Shown: positions 57,638-64,000 of the stretch, in pieces
How the letters are laid out: each line of letters opens with the position of its first letter
Position numbering within the stretch: position 1 is the first letter of the stretch
Assembly: GCA_963815475.1 (NCBI GenBank)
Contig: CAWFHD010000003.1
Location: forward strand, 4,218,566-4,282,565
DNA length: 64,000 bases
Direction of reading: 5' to 3'
Source of the DNA: an uncultured Solibacteraceae bacterium
GTDB taxonomy: Bacteria; Acidobacteriota; Terriglobia; Bryobacterales; Bryobacteraceae
Translations under genes and position numbers: made by a program
Notes under the pieces: model-generated
Databases searched by the model: none
What the model saw: the letters and a program-made list of their open reading frames with translations, nothing else
What the model was told of the DNA's origin: nothing

Positions 57638-57937
57638 TAGCCATTAGACCTGGGACAACACTCCTCGGAGGAGCCCTTTCGCCTCCCTTCCCATAAGGTG
57701 AGGCTCCGGCAGAGCCTCTCGTCTAAGCTGATCGTGGGGCAAAGTCGAGAGAATATTCGGGCTTCGTTTCCAGGGTTTTCTGGCGAGGAATCTTCCAGCC
57801 GCTGGAGGTGAAACCGGCACAGTAAGGCGACTGCTGGGCGCGTCATCCCCGGGGATCGGGCCTCAATCCGAGTGCCGCTGACTTTTGCCAAATTCAATAG
57901 TTTCTTCTCCCATTCTGGCCACGGATTTCATACCGAT

Positions 57938-60100
57938 TCAGTCTCTATTCACCAAAGCCGCCAAAGTGGTCGCGAGCGCCAGAAGGCTAAGCGACAACGA
58001 CAACGCCAGACCCCGAGGGTGATACTCCATCACGATCCGATTCTTCCCGGCCTCCAAGGTCAGGCCACGAAACGCTCCGTTGGTGAGCAATAAGGCCTGG
58101 GGGGCGTCGTTCACCGTGGCTTCCCAACCCGGGTACATCACTTCCGATGTCGCGAGAAAAGCGGGCCGATCGACGGCGACCGTAAGGTGAATCCGATTGG
58201 TCTGATACGAGTTCAACTGCAAGCCAGTGGTGGCGAGTTCTCCCAGGTCCGCGGACAGGCCCTCGACGATCGCCTCTTCGGCTGGATCAAACCCCTCCCG
58301 CGACAGCAGACGAAGGGTCTCCGTCTCGCCCGATGATTTTCGGATGCTCCTTACCAGGAAGAAACGCGGCAGCGCGCGTGGATTGCGGTATATCCGAACC
58401 CCCCGCTCCGGCGGCAGGACTTCGAGGCCGGCCCTTCTTATCGCGTCTTCGGGAATCGGCGAGACTCCCGCCAGCAGGGCCACATTCAGCATGCGTAAGA
58501 GCGGTGAATCCACCCGGTTTACCGTCAGGTTACGGCTCCATTCCTCGCCGGCGGCATACAGCCGCCGTACGTGCATGACTCGCAGCAGCGCGAAGGGATT
58601 ATCGCCAGCCGTGGTCGGGATGTCGAGCATTCCAGGGCCTTCTATTCCCTGGCCGAAGCCTTCATCCGTGTAGTCCACCCGCGAAGGCGGCCGGGTTTGG
58701 TCGGTAACGGTGCGGAGCCTGGCGGCAACGGCTTCGGCATCGGCACGATACGGGGAAGCCTCGGTCTTGTGCCCCCCGCTATAGGTGTTCATCGGCCGGT
58801 CGGCTCCCGCATGAATCAGGTCGTACGAAGTGAAGAGGGCTATACCCCAAAAGAGTGCCGGAGGAAGTCGATTCCCCAGCCGGTCGAGCACGATCGCCGC
58901 GGTGATCGCGGCGAAAAAGCAAAATGCCAGGAGGGCATACTCAGCATACAGGGCGCCTCGCAATAACCCTGGCAGGAGCACGTAAATGGCGCGATAGACT
59001 GGCGTGTGTTCTCCCAGCATCCAGAGCACACTCACTACGGTCAACGCCAGAAAGAGCGTGGCGATGCGTCGGCGAACAAACGGCGCGACCGCAATTAGTA
59101 TGACGGCTGCCATCCCGCAATATGCGTACAAGAGCGTGAAGTCATACGGCAGCTTGTATAGAGGGCCGCCCGCGTCAAACACGTGATAGTAATTAGGGAC
59201 CAATAAGGAAGCCAGTATCTCGATGTGCAGGCCGCCACCGAGCGAAGTATAGCGGGCGCGCTCCGAGGCCACGCTGGCCTGTGTGAGAATCCAAAGCGGG
59301 ATTACCTCCACCGCTGCGATGGCGGCGCCCAGTAGGAATCCGGCCGCGGTTCCGGGGATTAAACGCCAGGAAGCTTCCCGCGCCAGGAGCCAGCCGGCCA
59401 AGACCAGCAGCGCGGCGCCGGCGACCACCAGTGTGGTGGCTGCGAATCCGGAAAGAATGCTCATCGCGATCGCGATGCCGAGCACGGCGATCCAGCGTGG
59501 ACGCAGGCGGTGGCGGAGTTCGAACATCGCCAGAATCGCCAGTGGCAGCCATGCTCCCGTGCAGATGGCGCCCAGGTGCTGAGCCTGCGATGCGAAGAAG
59601 CCGCCGAGTTGATAAATGCTCGCGCCCATCAGGGCCGCCGGACGGGTGAGTCCCATGCGCCTCAACAACAGAAACGCAAACAGGCCGCCCAGCGCCATAT
59701 GCAGCGGAACCATAGCCTCAATCCAGTAGAAGAGGTACCGCCCGTGACTGAGGTTTCCGGCAAAGACCGCGAGCCACGTCAGTGGGTAAAAAACCTGGGC
59801 CTGGGGGTCGGCGTGAATCGGCACGCCGCCCAACGAATATGGGTCCCATAGCGGAAACACGTTCTGTCGAGCGCACTTCGCGATATAGGCGATCAGCGGT
59901 AAGTGGAATCCTTCAATGTCGTAAGGGATATGTTCGGTGGGATTGATCAGGACGTGCCGGAAGAATAGGATCGGCTGTAATACGAGGAGGATGGGGCAGA
60001 AAGCGATGGCGGCAACTTGCGACAGGCGCTCCAACGATGCTTTGGATGGGAAATGCGGACTGCGGGCCACTGAAATAAGCATAAACGGCGACCCTGGCAT
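57938..60100 (-). CDS. YfhO-family polytopic membrane protein (putative glycosyltransferase)
   Basis: FPLWDPYSLGGVPIHADPQAQVFYPLTWL motif. Many TM segments plus a C-terminal TM. ATG 60100 is preferred; the upstream track extension runs into the divergent gene. Confidence 0.7.
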   Translation of the reverse strand: MPGSPFMLISVARSPHFPSKASLERLSQVAAIAFCPILLVLQPILFFRHVLINPTEHIPYDIEGFHLPLIAYIAKCARQNVFPLWDPYSLGGVPIHADPQAQVFYPLTWLAVFAGNLSHGRYLFYWIEAMVPLHMALGGLFAFLLLRRMGLTRPAALMGASIYQLGGFFASQAQHLGAICTGAWLPLAILAMFELRHRLRPRWIAVLGIAIAMSILSGFAATTLVVAGAALLVLAGWLLAREASWRLIPGTAAGFLLGAAIAAVEVIPLWILTQASVASERARYTSLGGGLHIEILASLLVPNYYHVFDAGGPLYKLPYDFTLLYAYCGMAAVILIAVAPFVRRRIATLFLALTVVSVLWMLGEHTPVYRAIYVLLPGLLRGALYAEYALLAFCFFAAITAAIVLDRLGNRLPPALFWGIALFTSYDLIHAGADRPMNTYSGGHKTEASPYRADAEAVAARLRTVTDQTRPPSRVDYTDEGFGQGIEGPGMLDIPTTAGDNPFALLRVMHVRRLYAAGEEWSRNLTVNRVDSPLLRMLNVALLAGVSPIPEDAIRRAGLEVLPPERGVRIYRNPRALPRFFLVRSIRKSSGETETLRLLSREGFDPAEEAIVEGLSADLGELATTGLQLNSYQTNRIHLTVAVDRPAFLATSEVMYPGWEATVNDAPQALLLTNGAFRGLTLEAGKNRIVMEYHPRGLALSLSLSLLALATTLAALVNRD

Positions 60101-60128
60101 GTTGGGCGTTTTAATAAAATGAATGCTT

Positions 60129-61100
60129 ATGCGAACGATAACCCTGGAGGAACATTTCGCGACCCTGGGATTCCTCGATGGTCCAGGGCGTGGACTCAAA
60201 GAAAAGTCTTTGAAATTCGGTGGTCCTGCCGCGAAACTCTTGGAGCAGCTCTGCGAACTGGGAGACAAGAGGATCGCCGAAATGGATTCCGCGCACATAG
60301 ACGTGCAAGTACTGTCGCTCACTTCTCCAGGCGCAGAGCAACTCGACGCTGCTGAGGCGCCGGCGTTTGCCCGCGAAACGAACGATTTCCTTGCCGATGC
60401 CGTGCTGAGTCATCCAACACGCCTCGCCGGATTTGCCACGCTGCCGACTGCAGACCCCAATGCCGCTGCCGCCGAACTGGAGCGAACGAACCGGGATTAC
60501 GGTTTCAAGGGTGCGCTCCTCAATGGCCATATCCAGGGTCGTTATCTCGATGACAAATTCTTTTGGCCGATTTTCGAGTGCGCCGAGGCGCTCAATATCC
60601 CTATATATCTCCATCCGACGCAGCCTCCAAAGCCTGTAATCGAGGCATCGTACGCTGGGTTTGCGCCGATCGTGACGGATATGCTGTCCGGTCCGGGATG
60701 GGGTTGGCACATCGAAACGGCGATCCACGTGATCCGTATTATTCTCGGCGGAACCTTCGACCGTCATCCGAGACTTCAGCTCATTGTCGGCCACATGGGC
60801 GAGACGCTTCCCTTTATGATGCAGCGGCTGGATGTCATGCCCATCGCAATGACCAAGCTAAACCGCCCGATCAGCGCTTACCTCCGGCAGAATCTGCACT
60901 ATACGTTCAGCGGGTTTAACTTCATGCCAACATTTCTCGACCTATTGCTTCAAGTGGGTGTCGATCGGATTTTGTTTTCGGCCGACTATCCCTATGGGTC
61001 CATGGTCCAGGCGCGTGCGTTCCTGGACCAACTGCCAGTCAGCACGGCCGACCGGGAACGGATCGCACACGGCAACGCGGAGCGACTACTGGGGTTGTGA
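60129..61100 (+). CDS. Amidohydrolase-2 (ACMSD-like decarboxylase/hydrolase) family protein
   Basis: MRTITLEEHF N-terminus, HPTQPP and FSADYPYG blocks. The alternative ATG is at 60123. Confidence 0.8.
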   Translation: MRTITLEEHFATLGFLDGPGRGLKEKSLKFGGPAAKLLEQLCELGDKRIAEMDSAHIDVQVLSLTSPGAEQLDAAEAPAFARETNDFLADAVLSHPTRLAGFATLPTADPNAAAAELERTNRDYGFKGALLNGHIQGRYLDDKFFWPIFECAEALNIPIYLHPTQPPKPVIEASYAGFAPIVTDMLSGPGWGWHIETAIHVIRIILGGTFDRHPRLQLIVGHMGETLPFMMQRLDVMPIAMTKLNRPISAYLRQNLHYTFSGFNFMPTFLDLLLQVGVDRILFSADYPYGSMVQARAFLDQLPVSTADRERIAHGNAERLLGL

Positions 61101-61184
61101 AGGATTCCGCCGGGTGGAGGTTGCCGTCGGCAACCGCGACCGCCGAAACCGTCGCGCGCGCCCCCGATTTCAGTAGCATCGAAA

Positions 61185-61853
61185 TCAGTGGGTCAGAGTT
61201 CGGAGCAGCGCGCTCAGACCATTCCACAGAATCTGCACCCCGATACAGACCAGGATGAACGCAGATAGGCGGGTGATGACGTTCATGGCGGAATCGCCGA
61301 GTGTGCGGCCGATCCTTTCGGCGAACCGATAACTCAAGTAGATGGAAACGGCGACCAGAGCCGAGCCCAGCAGCATTCCGGCGATCAAAGGCCAATGCGG
61401 CGCCGGGCCCTTCGCCCGGTTCGCCCCCACTGCAATCGCCACCGAAATCGAACCTGGCCCCACCGTCAGCGGCAAAGTCAGGGGATAGAATGCCTGGCGG
61501 GAGTATTCGGCCTCGTTGCATTCCCGCTGCCCACCTTGATGGTCGCCATCGTCATCGGATTGGCGCAGGAGCGTCCACCCGGTCGAAATCACGATCAGTC
61601 CTCCGCCGACCTGTACAACCGGTAGGGAGATGCCGAAGAACGCCAATATGTAAGTACCGATGAAGATCGAGGTCAGGATCAGGATCAAGCTATTCACAGC
61701 GATCATCCTTGCCAACGCCGTTCGCCCGCGCGCCGACAGTCCCCGCGTGAGCGACAGGAAAATCGGCGTGTTGCCGATTGGGTCGACGATCGGAAACAGC
61801 GCCCCAACTACCAGAAGAGTGTTCTTTACGAGATCGGTGAGTGCCTCCGGCAT
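61185..61853 (-). CDS. MarC-family (UPF0056) integral membrane protein
   Basis: ALFPIVDPIGNTPIFLSLT motif. Six TM-like segments. ATG 61853. Confidence 0.8.
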   Translation of the reverse strand: MPEALTDLVKNTLLVVGALFPIVDPIGNTPIFLSLTRGLSARGRTALARMIAVNSLILILTSIFIGTYILAFFGISLPVVQVGGGLIVISTGWTLLRQSDDDGDHQGGQRECNEAEYSRQAFYPLTLPLTVGPGSISVAIAVGANRAKGPAPHWPLIAGMLLGSALVAVSIYLSYRFAERIGRTLGDSAMNVITRLSAFILVCIGVQILWNGLSALLRTLTH

Positions 61854-62114
61854 GATCGACCCAATGTACCAGCAGTTCCCGACGTTCTGGCGAAGCGGCT
61901 CCTGCAAAAGCCCACAATTGCGATGGATGCCTAAAATCCTGGCTGCAGTGATGTTTTTGCGGGTGACCGACTGGCAGCAAAATGAGCTACGGTTCTTCGG
62001 AGCGTAAGCGCTCGATGAACTCTGCGGGATCATTCAAGTCATCCGCGTTCACCGAAAGTAGAGGGGTCCTAGATTCGAGTGATTCAGATTCACAGGGTGG
62101 ATACCTCATTGAAC

Positions 62115-62825
62115 CTACGTGCTCTTTTTCAGCAGTGTCTCGGCGTTGATGGCGCCGTCAGGGGTTTCTTCGTGCTTGAACATCAGGTAGAGGTCGCGGC
62201 CGGTGGCCAGGAGTTCTTGGGCGCGGGCGGCGAAGGCGTCTACGTCGGCCTCGGTGTATTCGGGCTTGCGGAGGCGATAGTAGACGAAATCGGCGGTGAT
62301 CACTTCCGGCACTTCCAGCCTCTCCGATTCCGCGACGCACAGCGAGATGTTGCGCTTGCGCAAGGCTTCGTAGACGGGGTCGGCCAGCCAGGAGGCGTGG
62401 CGGAACTCGAAGGCGTAGCGCATGTCGGGCGGCAGCAGTTCCAGATAGCTTTCGAGCAGCGCGAGATCGCACTTCAGGGCGGGGGGCAACTGGAACAGGA
62501 TGGGGCCCAGACGGCGCGCCGTGCGCAGCGGATCGATCATTTTCAGAAACAGCTCGGTGGCTTCGGCGGCGTTCTTCAGGCGAAGGATGTGCGTGATGCG
62601 CATGTTGGCCTTCACCGCAAAGACGAAGCCGGGCGGGGTGGCCTCCACCCAACTTTTCAGCGTGGCGGCGGAGGGCAGCCTTCGGAACGTGTAATTGATC
62701 TCCACGCAGTTGAGCCTTTCGGCGTAGTGCTTCAGAAATTGCTTGGCCGGCAGTTTCGCCGGATAGAAGCCGGGCTTCCACGCCATGTAGGCGAAGCCGG
62801 ATGTTCCCGCATACAACGTTGCCAT
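62115..62825 (-). CDS. DUF72 (UPF0759) family protein
   Basis: MATLYAGTSGFAY..W...FYP......L..YA..LN.VEIN.TF pattern and FEFRH block. Confidence 0.8.
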   Translation of the reverse strand: MATLYAGTSGFAYMAWKPGFYPAKLPAKQFLKHYAERLNCVEINYTFRRLPSAATLKSWVEATPPGFVFAVKANMRITHILRLKNAAEATELFLKMIDPLRTARRLGPILFQLPPALKCDLALLESYLELLPPDMRYAFEFRHASWLADPVYEALRKRNISLCVAESERLEVPEVITADFVYYRLRKPEYTEADVDAFAARAQELLATGRDLYLMFKHEETPDGAINAETLLKKST

Positions 62826-62857
62826 GGCTTATCATTATCTCTGGCCGGAGGGCCGCG

Positions 62858-63205
62858 ATGCATTTCCTGACACACCTGCTCATAAGCTGGTTGCTGAGCG
62901 CGCTGGCGCTATGGATTGTGGCGCAGATGATTTCCGGGATCGAGGTGCGCAGCTTTGGAGACGCCATGATCGCCACTTTGGTGATCAACGTGGTTAGCGC
63001 GTTTCTCAAGCCGATTCTGAGCTTTCTTGCTTTTCCGTTTATTATCCTTACACTGGGCCTCTTCATGTGGATCATCAATGCCGTGCTGCTGTGGCTGTCG
63101 TCGCTGTTCACCCCCGGGTTCCGAGTGCGCGGATTTATGCCCGCGTTGATCGGCTCACTAGTGCTGACCTTGCTCACTTGGGTTCTGCGACGTGTGGTGT
63201 TCTAG
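62858..63205 (+). CDS. Small 4-TM membrane protein of the 'phage holin 4_2' (PF04020-like) family
   Basis: MHFLTHLLISWLLSALALWIVAQMISGIEV...LKPILSFLAFPFIILTLGLFMWIINAVLLWL...GF.V.GF matches the family pattern from memory. ATG 62858 follows GGAG. Confidence 0.65.
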   Translation: MHFLTHLLISWLLSALALWIVAQMISGIEVRSFGDAMIATLVINVVSAFLKPILSFLAFPFIILTLGLFMWIINAVLLWLSSLFTPGFRVRGFMPALIGSLVLTLLTWVLRRVVF

Positions 63206-64000
63206 TGGAGCGGTTCGACAATGTGCAAGACCTGGCGGAGCAACTGCGCCGCTTCGCCGGGCATGAACGCACCATCTGCCTGGAAGGCTGTGCCTCCAAG
63301 CGCCTGATGGCCGGGCCGGTGACGGCAGCGGATGAATACATTTCCACCACGGGCCTGAATCGCGTGCTGCAGTACGAGCCGCAGGATCTCACCATCAGCG
63401 TGGAGGCCGGCATGCCGTGGCGCGAACTCACGCGCCGCCTGGCGGAGAACCGCCAGATGATCCCGCTGGACCCGCCGTTCGCCGAGTACGCCACGGTGGG
63501 CGGAGTGGTCGCGAGCAATTCGAGCGGGCCGCGGCGAAGGCTCTACGGGACGGCGCGCGATATGGTGATCGGGATGGCGTTCGTCACATTGGAAGGCAAG
63601 GTGGTGCAATCGGGCGGCATGGTGGTGAAGAACGTCGCCGGGCTCGATATGGCGAAGCTAATGATCGGGTCGTTCGGGACTTTGGCGGCGATCGCGGTGG
63701 TGAATTTCAAGGTCACGCCCATACCGGATGTGGAGCGCAGTTTTCTACTGCCCTTCGAGTCGGCGGCAGCGGCGATTGAGGCTCGGAACCGCATTCTCAG
63801 CGGTGTGTTGCAGCCGGCTGCGCTGGACCTGCTCAATCCCGAGGCGGGGGAAACGGTGGGCAATCGCGCGTGGCTGCTGGCGGTGCGTTGCGCGGGGAAT
63901 GCCCCTGCGGCCGAGCGTTACGAACGAGAACTGGCGCCATTGGCCGATGGCCTGGCATTCGAAGGTGAACGGCAGGACAACCTCTGGCGGCACATTCAGG
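63205..64000 (+). CDS. FAD-binding PCMH-type oxidoreductase (GlcE-like), 3' end cut by window edge
   Basis: This ORF is absent from the supplied track because it has no stop in the window. My own translation from GTG 63205 is VERFDNVQDL...GLNRVLQYEPQDLTISVEAGMPW...LDPP...TVGGVVASNSSGPRRRLYGTARDMVIGMAFVTLEGKVVQSGGMVVKNVAGLDMAKLMIGSFGTLAAI. Confidence 0.75.
   Translation, partial: MERFDNVQDLAEQLRRFAGHERTICLEGCASKRLMAGPVTAADEYISTTGLNRVLQYEPQDLTISVEAGMPWRELTRRLAENRQMIPLDPPFAEYATVGGVVASNSSGPRRRLYGTARDMVIGMAFVTLEGKVVQSGGMVVKNVAGLDMAKLMIGSFGTLAAIAVVNFKVTPIPDVERSFLLPFESAAAAIEARNRILSGVLQPAALDLLNPEAGETVGNRAWLLAVRCAGNAPAAERYERELAPLADGLAFEGERQDNLWRHIQ

Noticed and set aside
57634-57897. 87-aa minus-strand ORF in the receptor upstream region, and the 206-aa ORF at 53978-54598(+)
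   Set aside because: There is no SD or motif, and the composition is atypical (Cys/Arg/Ser-rich). The second ORF overlaps the 3' end of the receptor gene antisense.
57452-57937. Cobalamin or other known riboswitch upstream of the TonB-dependent receptor
   Set aside because: I could not find a B12 box (GCCACTG) or another riboswitch core I recognise on the minus strand. It is kept only as an open question pending an Rfam scan.
62858-63205. Prophage lysis cassette implied by the 'phage holin' family name
   Set aside because: No endolysin, spanin, terminase, capsid or integrase genes are nearby. This family is widespread as a chromosomal small membrane protein.
1-64000. Search for tRNA, rRNA, CRISPR arrays, transposases, integrases and known defence genes (restriction-modification, Cas, CBASS, toxin-antitoxin pairs)
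   Set aside because: None was recognised by eye in any frame or intergenic region. Absence cannot be proven without tRNAscan, Infernal, DefenseFinder or PADLOC runs.

Overview
High-GC (~60-65% by eye) chromosomal segment. It most likely comes from an Acidobacteriota genome of the Solibacter/Bryobacter type. The evidence is several families recognised from memory as typical of that group: four MacB-like 'ADOP' orphan permeases (one paired with a PadR regulator), a TIGR03435-like protein, a TIGR03437-like C-terminal domain protein, CRTAC1/ASPIC-UnbV FG-GAP proteins and a carboxypeptidase-regulatory-domain TonB-dependent receptor. I can support about 47 protein-coding loci. Many long ORFs in the supplied track are antisense shadow ORFs typical of high-GC DNA, and many track starts are too far upstream. 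I found no rRNA, tRNA, CRISPR array, transposase, integrase or recognisable known defence system. Points worth a second look: (1) Three stretches hand-counted at ~50% GC carry unusual proteins. One is a secreted TPR-CHAT protease with an unassigned C-terminal domain. One is a secreted HExxH plus JAB-like two-domain protein directly downstream of a LytS/LytTR two-component pair. One is a protein with five PPxYRxQ repeats and a possible Cys-His hydrolase domain. (2) Six single-base frameshifts fall in only three genes (two adjacent CRTAC1 paralogs and one unknown gene), while all other long ORFs are intact. This clustering fits real pseudogenisation better than random sequencing error. (3) An RGG/glycine-rich low-complexity insert sits in a secreted M14 peptidase. 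(4) There are a tandem two-domain cytochrome P460 and several intergenic inverted or direct repeats and promoter/terminator-like signals. No complete, obviously novel multi-gene system is demonstrable from sequence alone. The best candidates are flagged with moderate interest, and all family assignments rest on motif recognition, not on searches.
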